A stretch of 64,000 nt of DNA, from NCBI RefSeq assembly GCF_009914755.1, contig NC_060927.1. One strand, written 5' to 3'. Origin of the DNA: the human T2T-CHM13v2.0 reference genome, Homo sapiens. The notes under the pieces were generated by a model. It was not told the origin of the DNA. It saw only the letters and a list, made by a program, of their open reading frames with translations, and ran no database searches. This document shows, piece after piece, positions 41,198 through 55,318 of this stretch. Position 1 is the first letter of the stretch. Each line of letters opens with the position of its first letter. Both the position numbers and the translations under genes were made by a program.

Positions 41198-41459
41198 GAT
41201 TGTTTTTCGTGGACTGTTTCTAACATTCATATTGTATTTACAAGTCAACAGTGATTACAAAAAAAAAACAATCTCATAAAGACCAAAAAGTATTACATGA
41301 AATAATATATACATGCATACGCACACCTGCATACACACAAATGTGTTTTAGTTTTTGGATGATTCTTAAATTGTAAAGCAAATTTTCATAAATAATTCTA
41401 AGTCAAAGTATTGGCCATGAGAAGACCTGGCAACAGCACTGGGGAAAAAAGTTACATCA

Positions 41460-42300
41460 CTTATTTAATCAACAAATATTACTGAGTGCCAAGTATGAGT
41501 CAGTGTCATTCTGGATATCAGAGACACAGGGATAAGCAAGACAGTCCCTACTCTCATGGAGTGCATTGGCATCTAGTGAAAAATAGAGAAAATAAGCAAG
41601 CTAAAATTAAAAAATGGTAAAAAGAAATAGGTGGTAAAGGAGATACTTTAAAATAGTAATACACGCTTTGAAAAAAATAAAACAGGATGATAAAAGTGTG
41701 ACTTGTCAGAAATGAGATGGGCTACTTTAGATGGAGTTGTCAGAGAAGACCTTTCAAAAGCTTAGAATTATGAAGAAGACAAGAAGGCCTCTATCCTTTA
41801 GGAACCTGTATGCAATGGGAAGACAGAGATTCAAACAGATAACTTCACTTGACTGTGATCACTGCTCACCACTGCATGTCAGATCACAGAATTTAACAAA
41901 TAACTACGGAACAAATTACAATATAATCTCATCATTGCAACAGTGACTCTGTGAATACCTGAGTTTGGTGAGGAGAGTCAAGGAGACCCTAAAGAAGGGA
42001 ACACTTGAACTGAGACTTAAATGAAAGGGTAACTGACACTGGCATATGAGTTGCTGAGGGCATTCAAGTAAAGGAAGTGGTACAGACAAAGGGGGGATGA
42101 GAAGATGTAATAAAAGAGAACTACTAGTAATTTAGAACCCTTTGGGAAGCAAAGTGGGGGCTAAAAGTAGAGGCATGAGAGAAGAGGATCTGTGCCATGC
42201 TAAGGAGTTTGTGACTTACCTTAAAAGTAGTAGGGGCTGAAAAGGCTTTGGAGTGGAAGAGTGAAGTGATGAGGTTTGAGTGCTAGATTGACTCACTACC
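41460..42300 (-). mobile_element. L2 fragments
   Basis: ATTTAATCAACAAATATTACTGAGTGCC (L2 3' end antisense) and GCCATGCTAAGGAGTTTG. Confidence 0.7.
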
Positions 42301-42949
42301 CTGTCAGCAAGTGCAGGAAAATAGCCCCTCTCTGTTTTTTCTTGCTCTTAATTCAGTGTGCTCCTATGCAAAGAGCACAGGATTTGGATTCAGAGAAACT
42401 GGGTCTGAACGCCTGGAAAGCAGCTTAGATGGGTTTGTACAGAGGATAAGAGTTTGCTTCCTTTAAAACATTCTTTTAATTCTATTGGATATCCAAAACA
42501 TTCAGCTGATTTCATTTTAAAAGTGATAAAATTCTCATGTCAAAAAAATTCTAGCACACAATGATTATAATTACATGTATGTATGACAATAAGATAATGA
42601 ACCACAGAGAAAAAAAAATCAGTTAATGATTTCATAATCATACCTTATATATGTGTGACATTTTCAGTTCTTTGACTACATTAAAGTAATTTGAATTGGT
42701 TACTTGCTGTGGGTAGGAAGTTAAGCCAGCTCCATTTCATTATTTCCAGTTCTTCACGAAAGAAATGAAAAGGTTTGGGGGGGTAAGGTGTATTGCTAAT
42801 TCTTTCACGTCTCTGTTGTAAAATTTGGTTCCATTCTTGATTGCTTTTGTTGCTATTATTTCCTTTCTTCTTGTATTTAAACATTGATAATTACTTTTCA
42901 GCAGTATAATTGCACTCACTTGGAATTTGTATAATTGTAGTACACTCAC

Positions 42950-43016
42950 CTTTTCCAGCTAGGTAATGAAGAGCTTCTTTTCATTGCTAGAACATCATTG
43001 CACAGCTCCTGTTTTT
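42950..43016 (-). CDS. MORC1: MORC1 exon ((E)KQELCNDVLAMKRSSSLPSWK(S))
   Basis: Acceptor TTTTGAAG|AA, donor AG|GTGAGT; 67 nt, phase 1-2. Confidence 0.93.
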
Positions 43017-45114
43017 CTTCAAAAGAACATAGACAAACAATCGCATTTGGATGATCACACAATAAACTGAACCAAAAGAAATGTTAGCTGTTCATTAACT
43101 ACCTCTGTATAATATGGATTTGTATTGAAACATCCATTTATAAAACTGTACCAGTTGTAACGAGATCTATAATATGTTCTTAAGGTAGTTTATAATGTTT
43201 TAAAATAAAGTTTATGTAGTATATATAGTTATCCAAGAGAGTGTAGCTTTTTTTTGGTAATTTTTAAATGGACATTTTTTACCAGAGCCTGGAGTATGAT
43301 CAGAACTGTTGATTCCCTGCTTTCACCAGCCTCTACCAAGACAACCATCTTCCCCTAATAACCCACTCTCTCCTATTTGGGGTTCAGGTTCAAAGACATT
43401 CTGACAGATCCCGATGAAAAATGTGTCTCCAGTAGGAAAGTGAACTTTAAAGCAGGAAGAGACCTAGAGTCATTTAGTTAGTCTTCTCACTCAGAGGACC
43501 TCAGAATTATAGGTTCACAGAACTTGGTGATTTATTTCCAGCTCACAGCAAAGCAGAAATTCTATGATCCACTTGGATTGTTTTAAGAGTGTCTTGGGGA
43601 CAGTATAAGCAATGAGTCAATGTGTCCTTCTTCCATGTAGAAGTCTTTATTACAACTGTCCAGATATCTTGTTCCACCAAGTAAACCTTTACCAAGAAGT
43701 TTAGGGTTATTGAAGGCTAAGTAGAAGAGGACATCAACAAGCAAAGTTCTAGATGGTGGGTAAATGGCTGAGGATCTGCCTGACCCTTTTAAGGAAAAAG
43801 AATGAATGGACAGATGTTTTCCAACCATGCTGTAGGCACCATTGGTTTTACTCACTGACTTGCAATGCAAAGTGAAAATTTTTAACCCAACAGCTAACTA
43901 ATTCAAAATAATAGTCATTTGAAAACATTTCACAATTTGTTCCTGCCAAACCTAGGATGAGTATTTAAAATTAAATATTAATTTTAGGATAAAATTGTAT
44001 TAGCAATTTTTCTAGTACAATTTGGAAATCCAACAGAACCATACTTGAAGTCACAGTAGTAGTTTGAACTGTCTATAAAAGATTGGCTTTAAAATTAAGA
44101 CACCCTTACAAAAGAAATCCTGATGGTGGAATTGCAAATTATTGTAATTAAGATGAAAAAGAAAAAGTGTGATTTCTTAGGGACCTCACTAATGGGTTCA
44201 AACATAAAGTTGTGAATGAATAGCTGATTAGGTTACCTAAGCAACAAAGTATGAAGGAAGGAAAAACGTGCCACCAAAAGAGAACATAAAACCATGGCAT
44301 GGATTGATAAAGAAAAGGATTGGGAATGATGAAACCAAATGAGCTGAGACTAAGAAGACTAAGATCTTTAAAACTTATTTCAAAAGAAGATGAAGACAAT
44401 GAAAATAATGGATGTGTTTCTTGGGTCCAATGGTATAATATCAAAATTAAAAGATAATGGCATAATAACATTAGAATGCATAATAAAAATTACAGTAATA
44501 ATAATGAGCACTAAGAAAATAAAATATTTTGAATCCAGTTTGTTTTCAGCTTCTCTATCCACAGAATTATTACTGGATTGAATACTATCAGATGGAAACT
44601 TCATGCCTTAAATAAGTTCCAGTCTTTTACCTGAGACACATTACATCCCCTGGGCATGAAAAAACTAATAAATGTGTTTGTTGAACTACTTTTAGGGACC
44701 TCAGAAGAATCACGAAAAGCAGAAAGTTACTAAAAGATGAAAAAACGGGGACCGTCATCATCATAATTTTCAAAACAGATTTTGAAAATTATTGACCTGA
44801 TATCAATCCTAATCAAAATTAGAAGGAGAATTCAAGACAGAGAGTGGCATAAGTCTATGGAAATTTCAGGCAGTGTGGCAGTGCTGGGGACACTGTCCTC
44901 AGCCAGAAAGTGTCTCTCTGCCCCGTCAAAACACACAAGGTTGGCAGCTCACCCTCTCTCTACTCCTCTCACTTCTAGAACAACAAACTTAATTTTTTAA
45001 AATCCAAGTTGCTGACAAACTTCTGATCTATATATCAGGCTGTCAAGCCATATTGAAAATGTCTCAAACATTATAGCTAATATATATATATACATGAGCT
45101 GATTTTTTTTTTAC

Positions 45115-45184
45115 CTTGGTTTAAAAGAGGAATTTCCTTTTTTTCTTGTTTCAATGAAACATCAGTGTTGCTTTTATCTGAAAC
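45115..45184 (-). CDS. MORC1: MORC1 exon (VSDKSNTDVSLKQEKKEIPLLNQ(E))
   Basis: Acceptor TTTTTCAG|GTT, donor G|GTAAAA; 70 nt, phase 0-1. Confidence 0.93.
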
Positions 45185-48101
45185 CTGAAAAACAAGCTCT
45201 TTATTTAAAACTGTACAAAAACATAGGACATATTATAAACTTGACAAAAGACCTTGAAAAGCAGTGTCCCCAGCAGAAAAGAAATCATAATGTTAGCAGC
45301 AGTAAAGCTATGCACTTTTTATAAAGGGAACAAATGGTACATGTACAAAACGATAATCGCATAAATCTCAAGGATGATTGCATTATCATAGTCATGTTTA
45401 CTCATTTGATTTCTTTAAAGGGATTTTTGTATTTCTACTAATATTTGTGCAGATATTTTAAAAATTGATATTACACATTGATGTAACAATGTCTACAACA
45501 AATGGGTCAAGTATTTGATTCACCAGCAACAACCATTGAGCCTCTATCGTTTTGAGGAAGCTTAGGGTACCTCTGGTTGCTGCAAAGCAGACAGAGTAGG
45601 AGCTCAGCATCCCTACAATGAAAACTTTGAAGAGTTTGGGGCTGGGGCCTGTAGTCCCAAAGCATAATAGATAAGAAGATGGGGAAAGGGAGTTGACCTG
45701 GAATACTGGGGGATGGGATATCTCATCTTCTGACAGAATCCCAGGCCAGTTGCCTGAAAGGGGCTGCAGAGCCTTAGTGTGTTGATTGTTGGAGCCAGGA
45801 GGGTTACTGGCACCTGGAGAGAGAGGATGGATATGTGCTGGTGTGCGATTGGGAGGCTGAGACGGTGGGAGTGGATGGGGGACATTTGAGGGGTGGAATG
45901 TACCATTAATAAGCCAGGTATATCATCACTTTGGGAATCCTGTTAAGATCCATTTTACAAGGCTCACATAAAGCTGACTTACACTTTGGGAATATACCTT
46001 AGATGAGAGAGAGAGAGAGAATGTGTCTGTTTATGCCTGCGGGGAAAGACACCCAGAATGCTCCCTCTATGTATTTTGTAAAACTGTGAGAAGCTGGAGG
46101 AACAGGCAGTTATGAAAGAAAGAAAATGAAGAAAGCAAGCAGAAGGCAAAAGCTCCTGTCTGCTCCTTGTTCTGAAGACCCCTGAACACGCACTGATACG
46201 CACGCAACCATGTCCCCATCTGTTACTTCATGTAAGATAGGGAGCTGTCAGGTTTTTTGAAGTTTGCTCATTGTGGACATATCTTTCATCTTTCATGCCC
46301 TCTCTAACCTGCTAAACAAATGTAGTCTAGAGAGGATGTCAACTCTCTTTTTTTTCCCCTCCCAGGAAATAAAGGAGTATTTTTACGTAGCATTCTGGAA
46401 ACTGTGCTCTCTCAGGAAGCAGGTTAAATGGGCACATGTGTAGCCTAGCAACAAAATAACTGTGTAGCTGCCTATCATTGCCATTTTCCATTTCACCTAA
46501 ATCAAGAGCAAGAAAAGCCTTATGGATAAGGGGAAAATAAATAAGACTACTTCTAAGCTACTTTTGTCTATTTCAAAAAATTTTTGTACTTAAACTGTAA
46601 ATAAGTTCCTGCCCCAGGAAATAATAAACATGCATATTTTTAAAGATTCATTTTGAAAAAAATCTTGAAAGTGACCTTAAAGTGTATGTTTTATTTACTT
46701 CTGATTAACATAAAATTTAAAGTTTTCTTCTGATGCACTGATATATAAGGAAAATCTACATGATATTAAGTGTCTCCAACTTCAGACTAAAGACTTTTCA
46801 GACCAGTTTATAAGCAGCATAGACTATTATCAACAACAGCTAATAGGAACCACAAGATAAGCTTATGAGAGGAACTATTTAATGTCTTTTCCTATAAGCA
46901 CTTTGTTATAATCCATGATGATTATAACAAAATGTGTTAATTTTCTTTGGTAACTTTCTTTTATGATGAAATCAAACAAGATGAAAGTATCCAAGGTTAA
47001 TGAAAATGACAGCACTCCCAGAAGAGAAATTTTGTTGTTGGTGTTATTAATACAGCCTCACGAAATTAATTATGTTTGTATTCTATTGTTTAGTTCTCTG
47101 CTTTGAGCTCTAAAGGGCTGTTTTTCCTAGGATCAGATATGCCTTCTTTCCCCAAAAATGTTACTTGTACAAAGCTCTGCCATCTCTATAATATGAAAAA
47201 TTTCTTTTATTTTCCTTTGCTGTATTATCTTTATTCTGATGTTTAAAAGATTTTTGGATAAATGATTTAAAGCCTACAGTATTTTCTTTGAAATAACATT
47301 GTGTAAATCTGATTTTATAGGATGCTGCCTTCTATTACAATATAGTTGAGGGTCTGAATTTTTTCAAGATGAGACAAGAAAACAGACAGTTGTTTTTTCG
47401 ATTATGTTATTTGTATATTTGATCTTACTTACAAAGGTCTTTCATTTACATTAATTGGTTTCCTTATAGAAATGTTCTTCAGTCACTTAGGCTTAACTGT
47501 GTCTCATATTCTGAAGCTGGAGGAAATCTCTTGCCTGAGATTTTTACCTATATCATGAAATAGACAACACCTCATACAAAGTAAATGAGATTATAGCTAA
47601 GTCTTAACATAGAGTTTAAGACATCTTAATTAAAATTATGTTAACAATGAGCAGGATGGGATTTGTCAGTTCTCCAAGGGATGTGATGGATCAACATAAT
47701 ACTGCATGCTCAATTTTGTAAAGTATCTACTTAAGAAGATAAATAAATCATAAATAAGTCAGAGGAAAAAAGAACACGCCACAGGCAGCTGTGCAACACC
47801 TATTTAATTTCATTGCTGTTAAGGAAACTTAAAAACTGAGTGATATCACTTTATCTGATTTCTTTACTTCTACTCCTTTACCTCTCCACACCTACTTCAA
47901 GCACTTATTATTATGAAGGAGCCATAAGGACTATAAGACCAGTAAATACCTTTCTGCCAACTTCAAAGACCCCTTCTGTTTGCACTCGTCCACAGTTAAC
48001 ATTATGTTCCAGGCCCTCCCCTTCAGTCAGTAATTTATTCACTAACATTGGGTTTCTAGTGTGGGCCAGATACTACCACGGCGAAAAGTTCAAAGTCCTG
48101 C

Positions 48102-48438
48102 TGATATGGTTTGGCTGTGTCCCCACCCAAATCTCATCTTGAATTGTAGCTCCCATAATCCCCACCTGTCATGGGAGGGACCTGGTGGGAGGTAATTGAG
48201 TCATGGGGGCGGGTTTTTCCTGGCTGTTCTTGTGACAGTAAGTCTCATGAGATCTGATGGTTTTATAAAGGGCAGTTCCCCTACACATGCTCTCTTGCCT
48301 GCTGCCATGTAAGACATGCCTTTTCTCCTCTGCCTTCCACCACGATTGGAGGCCTCCCCAGCCATGTGGAATCTCTTTCTTTATAAATTATCCAGTCTCA
48401 GGTATTTCTTCATAGCAGTATGAAAATGGACTAATATA
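48102..48438 (+). mobile_element. THE1-type (THE1C-like) MaLR solo LTR
   Basis: TGATATGGTTTGGCTGTGTCCCCACCCAAATCTCATCTTGAATTGTAGCTCCC ... GAAAATGGACTAATATA; TSD CCTGC/CCTAC. Confidence 0.92.
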
Positions 48439-48539
48439 CCTACCTTTATGGACCACATTTTCTACATTCAATAAATAAAAATATAAATAATATACTGTCA
48501 GGTAATGGAAGTTCTGTGAAGAAAAATAACACAGGTGAG

Positions 48540-49123
48540 AGAGAGTGATGCAAGTTCCTGCATAATCTGACCCCCCCACCTCTCTGTCGTCATCTCACAT
48601 CTCCATCTGGCTCTTCAGAAGCTCTTTTACAAATATGCCAGGCACACTCCTCTCACGTCTTTGGCTTGTTGTTTTATAGACTTGTTTGTTCCCCCAGCTT
48701 TTTCCTAGTCTTTCCTAAGCATCCACTCAGTGGGGCCATCTGCGGTCACTCTACCTAAAATTGCAACTCCTGTTCATCACATGCAACACAGATACTTCCT
48801 ATTCCCTTCCCATGCTTTCTTTTTCTCCCTAATACTTGTCATTATCTACCATACACCATATTTACTTATTCATCTTGTCTATTGAATGATCCCCCAACTA
48901 GAATGGAAGCTCCGCAAAGGCAGGGAGGATCGTCTGTTTTTACCCCTGCTGGATCCCTATTGTTTAGGACAGTAACTGATGTTCAAGATAGTCACAGAAT
49001 AAAAGAAAGTAAAAAAAAATCAAGTCATGAAAATACATGTGTGCTGCTGACAGTGGTGATGGGGGTGGTGTGGGTAGTGGAGTCCAGGTATATGAACGAC
49101 AAAGGAAAAGGCTTAGGTTTATG

Positions 49124-49166
<43 letters not shown>

Positions 49167-50660
49167 TGTATTATTTTTCTTCACAGAATTTATATGACCT
49201 GATATTATATTACATATTTACACTTTTATTTATTTAATATTCCTTAGGGTACTGGAGGCCAACAATGGTCAGGGTGGCTACAGTAGACTAAGAGAAGGAA
49301 TGAGCAGTGGGGTCTGTAGCCTCAAAAGACATCAGGCCAGGACATCTAGGGCCTTGAGGGCCACAGCAAAGTCACTGAGTTTTGTTCTAAGTATGAGCAG
49401 AAGCCATGGAAGTGTTCTGAGTAGGAGAATGACATAATATGACATATTCTGGATGATATACTCAGATTTTTACACTGTAGAGGCCAAGAGAAACAGTAAG
49501 ATGATTTATAGGAGTACCGCTGTAGTCCAGGTAAGAGATGTCAGTGTGTTGGCCAAGGTGGTAGCTATGGAGGTGGTAGAATATGTACTATGTTTAAAGG
49601 TTGATTCAGCAAGATTGCCTGATGGGTTGAGTGCAGGATGAGAAAGGAGGAGAGAAATTCAGGATGATTCCCAGGTTTTGGCCAGAGTAGCAGTGAATGG
49701 TGGTATCATTTACTCAGTTAAGGAAGCATGAAGATATCTCTTGGAATTCTTTCCTCTCTTGATCTTCATAGCCTTCTATGTCTCAACTCTCTCTGGGTAG
49801 TTCATCCTTTTTCTGTCTACTCTCAACTTCTCAAGGAACCTATTAAAATTTCTGGAGTTAAGCTGTCACACTTTAGGCAAACAATGGCTTCATCGGCATC
49901 ATCAACCCTAACTTTTCACCTTTGCTCCAGTTATTTCCAACTGATCTCATGACACACGTGAATGTCTTGCTGAAACTTCAAATCCTCAGTCCTATCCAGT
50001 CCTATCTTTGACCACTTGGTCAGATTCCCCATCAATGCTCTTCATTCTATTCACAGTACTGTTTTTGTTCCAGATTGCCATCTCAGAACTGCTTTCATTA
50101 TTTAGTTTTCCATATTTCTTACCAAGCTGTACTACCTTTCTTTTAAAATTGCTTAAGTTTTTCTTGTCTTTCTATACTACGATTTTCAGGAAGCATCCAT
50201 CCTACGTGTTTTTGTTGGTCTTTAGTTTCTCCTTTTTACAGTCCAAGCCATTATCCCAATCTGATTAATTTTTTTAAACAAAATATCCATGATTAAGTGT
50301 TCCTTCTTAAAACCATCCCTAGGCCCTGCATGCTACTATCTCAATCACAAACTCTTTATCTGTCTTTCAAAGCTCTTTTCAATGTGATTCTAAGTTATCC
50401 AGACACAATTTTAGTATTTCTTAACAAATATCTCTTGTTATAATCAAAATGTTCTCTTCAGAGTTCCCTAAAATTACCATACACACTCTTGCTTCCACAT
50501 CTCTGCCATGTAAATGTTCTACCTGGAATGGCTTCTCTCTTCTCTTCCTTTCTTAAAAGTTGTATCCACAACTTTTAAAGACAAGTATACATCCTACTCT
50601 TTCCAAAACATCTTTTTTGTTATTACTCCAGCACATATTCTTCCTTCCTCTGAATAACTA
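48540..50660. mobile_element. Cluster of L2 fragments in both orientations
   Basis: CTAGAATGGAAGCTCCGCAAAGGCAGGG (sense 3' end) and GATGATTCCCAGGTTTTGGCC (antisense); boundaries approximate. Confidence 0.65.
49125..49163. repeat. (CT)n microsatellite
   Basis: Read directly. Confidence 0.9.
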
Positions 50661-52889
50661 TTAACAGTAAGTTGCATACAGTTTATTTACTCTTACTACT
50701 GTCATCAAGTCAAGCATTTTATCTATATGACCCAGATAAGACTGGACCCTACAGCAGCCTTGGATTCTTACTTGATCCTTCTAAGCAAAACTCAAAACGT
50801 GACTCCATCTCCCAAAAACAAATCCAACTCTATAAAGCTTTGATAAACTTACAGATTTTACTAAAGATTATATTGGAAAATGGAGGAAATGATTACATGT
50901 AGCAAAAAATTGTATCAACTAAATAATTTTAACTTCTTCATCTGCTAACTGCCTCATCTCTCTCTGCACACCTGCAGCTTCTCCAGTTCTGCAGCTCCCG
51001 GTATTTTCACTTTTGGCAGTGCCCCTCTCCTCTTCTATCTTCCACATAAGCTCACTCTTTAAGCTCTCTTTTTCCACAAAGAAATTTTACTTTGTCAATT
51101 TTCATTCTCCTAGCTCACCCAATAAAGGCTGAATTTGTCTTCTTCAGAATTACAGAAGGTGGCTTTAAAAAATACTTTTTATAATGCAAATAATTATTTT
51201 CATTCTATCATGAATATAATTCTCATAACAACCTTGAGAATAGATGGCATTATTACTCTCGTTTTATATACAAGAAAACAGAATATCAAAATTTGACACA
51301 ACTGACAAACCTCATGGAGGTCTGAATTTGAGCCTGGGTCAGCCTGTCAGAGTGTACAGCCTGTATCCTTTCCATAACATAATACTACCTCATGGTGTTG
51401 TAAAACTGTCTTAACCAATTTTTTTGTTCCTTCAGCACAACAATCAGATACTTGACTTTTTTGGTGTCCCTCAAAAATGTCTAACATAGTATTGTTCAAT
51501 AAATTTGTTTTGATTAATTGGCTCGTGGTTGCTGGTAGTTCAGACTTTAGCACTTGAATATTTAGATTCCTTATAAGTCATCCACAAGGTTTTTCCTTAG
51601 ATCAGGGACTATATCACACATTGTTTTTGTGTCTCTCCGTACGTTTGCTGGAGAACTGATGAACAATCCTGTGGAGGATGAGTATAGATGATCTTTCCTT
51701 CAAAGCCCTTAGGGCAGCTCTGGTTTGCATTTTGTAAGAGGGCTTCCCGTGAAATGTCTAGTATTATTAGCAATGATCATAGCATTATACAGATTCATAA
51801 AGAGGTAATGGTAGCATCATCAACCAGGAATGGTAGCATCATCAAAGCTGATGAGAAATCACCCGCTTTTGAAATTAAGGCAACTTCAGTAATCTGAAAT
51901 TATGTTATTGTACTACCTGTACAGTTTTCTATTTTAAAAAGGCATTCTGTTGGGAGTCAGAAAAATGATGTGTATCTAGGGTGAATGCAGTTGATTTAGG
52001 GACTAATTTTGCAAGTTTTTGTTTTTCTTTTTTATCTGCTTTTAGGTTACTTTGTCACCTTTTCAGTCTCATTGTTATGATTCGCTATCATGTAGTACTG
52101 ATGCCAAACACAGTACTTATAGTTGTTTTTCATTTGTTTTGGCCACCATAAAACATAAACCTAGACACGGTAGCAACTCATCAGCTCATCTAGATGTTCT
52201 CCAGTTTTTATAACATACCATGAAGGCCCTGGTAATGATCTTAGGGATTCAGAGTGCACTGATGCTTTTTCTAAGCTGGAATCTGCCTCTTTTGAAAGCT
52301 TCCCCAAAGAGCTGACCAGGTACAACTGGTAAATGACTTGGCTCAGTTCTGAGACAGGAAGATGGTTCCATCTACTCATTGCTATGTATCTTTCTTGAGC
52401 CTCAGAAAGTGCTCTGTTCTAGACACCAGAGGATACGTTTCATAATAAATACAAGGTTTCATTGCCAAACTCCTGAAATACTTTTGTCAGCAGTGTTCTG
52501 ACCATCACGTGCTTAAAAATGTCTATAGATTGGGAAAATGAAACACATCCCTCTGTCAGTCTGCTCTTGAGGCCAGCTGCAAGCCAAAAGAAGACCTAAA
52601 TGACCACAGAGACAAAAGGGCCAGTCAGTCAATAAAAAAAATTGTATGGTTCCTGGTTATTAAATAGAAGGTCTATTCTAACCTTACTATAACCACACCA
52701 TACAGATTCTTTCATGTCTTAGCAAATCTGGGTTTGCCTCTAACATTCAGAATAGTAACTGAAAGATTATTATTATAAAATATGAATAAACAACAAACAC
52801 CAATATTTATGAGAAAGGTATATGTTGCTTCATGTTAGAATTAGAAAATTTCTACAATGTCGGTTTGGAGAGTGTGTTCCTCCAAGATG

Positions 52890-52917
52890 AAAAAAAGGCA
52901 TGTACATGCCTTTTTTT
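52890..52917. repeat. Perfect 28-bp palindrome A7-GGCATGTACATGCC-T7
   Basis: Self-reverse-complementary, checked base by base. Confidence 0.9.
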
Positions 52918-54487
52918 AAATAAAGTCAGTACTTTTATCGCTCTGTCTTGAGCCTCAGCACATTATTGCTATTCAACTTCTCCAACTGCTGGCATCGGTA
53001 ATTTTATTCCCCTGGTGTTCCTCAGTTTTGCGGCTCATTTCAAATTGATCATTTGCTTTCCTGGCCATCTATTGTGGTCTGCCAACCTATTCTTCCCAGT
53101 CACCTTTCAGAATAGATCCCCTAGGATGTTTAGTCTGTGTGGTTACTTCTTACCTCTCACCTGGTGATGTAATTTGGATGAGCTGTTTACTTCTTTGATA
53201 GGATGTAAGATTATCTAATCTCATTGTTTCATTTGTACTTTTATCGTTTTTATGAAGCATTGTATAGTAACACCTGATCAGAGTGCATCACTTTTGAGGG
53301 GCATGGAAAATACCAGATCCATTCCCAGATCCAGGGTGGTATGGAGTTTGCCTGGAGTAAAGTTGAACTGCCAGTTTATCACACAGCAGTGCACAGGAGT
53401 TTGTAACTATATCTAAACAAACCCTTAATTACAGCAGTACCACAGGACACTGTTCTTGCAATAACAGCAGAACTATAGCAACATCTACTCAGACACTGAT
53501 CCTCCTGACAAAGGCTAGCATACCTATAAAAGGTGTGATTTAAAAAAAATTCCACTTCCTTCCCATCCGGGATTAACTGGGACAAATTTGAACTTTACAC
53601 ATGGGTTTGGAAATGCCTGAGACAGAACACACTTCAGAATACCCACTATTCATTAAAAAACAGGGCAGGACATGTGTTTTGAGCATGGAAGACAGAAAAT
53701 AATAAGATTTTCTGGAGGCCAAAGGTAAAGCAACAACAGCTCATGGAAGGGGTTGGTGGTAAAGTTATGACCACAACCATATTACTAGAGTGATAATCTT
53801 GGACAAGAAAAATACTTTCTTTTTTTAGAAGCCAGGAATTAGTGGAGACCCCAAGAAGATGAGCCTCATGACTATGACTGGACTCTAGCTTGACTAGAAG
53901 GACAAAAGCTGGGTCTTAGAAGAAAAGAACTATTAATACATTGTTTAGGTCAGATTTAGGGTGAATATGGAGGGAAATGGGCTAAAGAGAGCTTAGGCTG
54001 GGCAAGGCATGGATGATGGATTGGTCTTTTAAAATTGATTCAAGACACTTGGCTGGAGATGCCCATCTAAAAAACTTTGGAAACACAAGCCAAAATGCTG
54101 AATGTTAGCCAGTGCCATATATAGGTGGACCTTGAAACTCTCATGCCTGAGTAAAGTGTATTTATGTACTTCAACTGACCCAAGTGGAATGGGGTGATTG
54201 AATTCATGTAGGGGACAGTTATGAAGGTGGGAGGTAAAGGGAGATGTCATATGGGGAGTGATTACAAAAGGAGGAGCAAAGTCAAACAGCTGGGGCTCAA
54301 GGTGCCTACTTCCTGGCAGTGTGACCTTTAGCAAGTTTAATTTTTCCCATCTGTAAAATAGGGGTGAAAAGAATACTTGCCTCTCAGGTTATGAAGAAGT
54401 GAGATGAGATGATGGAAGAACAGTACCTGAATTTCATCATGGCCACACAGAAAGAGAAAAGCCTGACGCTACCACAATACACATGCC

Positions 54488-54504
54488 TGTGCACATGTGC
54501 GCGT

Positions 54505-54549
<45 letters not shown>
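54488..54549. repeat. Alternating purine-pyrimidine (TG/CG)n(CA)n microsatellite
   Basis: TGTGCACATGTGCGCGTGCGTGCGCGCGCG(CA)n. Confidence 0.9.
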
Positions 54550-54550
<1 letters not shown>

Positions 54551-54969
54551 CTAGAATTTCTGGACAATTCAGCTTTATAGGGTCAGAGATAATAAATATG
54601 AACCACCCTAGTTACCCTAAAATGGTGGAGGGAGCTGTAGCTGTGCTAACAAGATTATGAAAAATAAGAAGTTTGCTGAAATGCAGAGTCCCATACCAAA
54701 TATCTCCGAAGGTCCAACTGAGAGGCTATCTAGAGCATTTGGAAAAGGATTAAGATTTTGTAAAGAAAAACTCCTCATTATTTTCCTGGCAGTTTTTTAA
54801 TCTCCAGAAAATGCCTGGAGCTTTAACCAAATCCCAGTTGGAAACTTCTACAGCTCCAAATAATGTGCAAGGTCTTGCCAAGAACATGCTCATTGCATGG
54901 ACTTTGAAAATGAATGGCTCACACTGGCTAAAAGGCCAAGCACAAACTAATATCAAAAACAAAAAATGC

Positions 54970-55318
<349 letters not shown>

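Noticed and set aside
44148-44604. Overlapping ORFs in a purine-skewed stretch as a missed exon or retrogene
   Set aside because: MORC1 exons on either side join in frame without it; no recognisable homology; may be an unclassified old repeat
52896-52911. p53 response element in the palindrome
   Set aside because: The two CATG half-sites overlap and each mismatches RRRCWWGYYY
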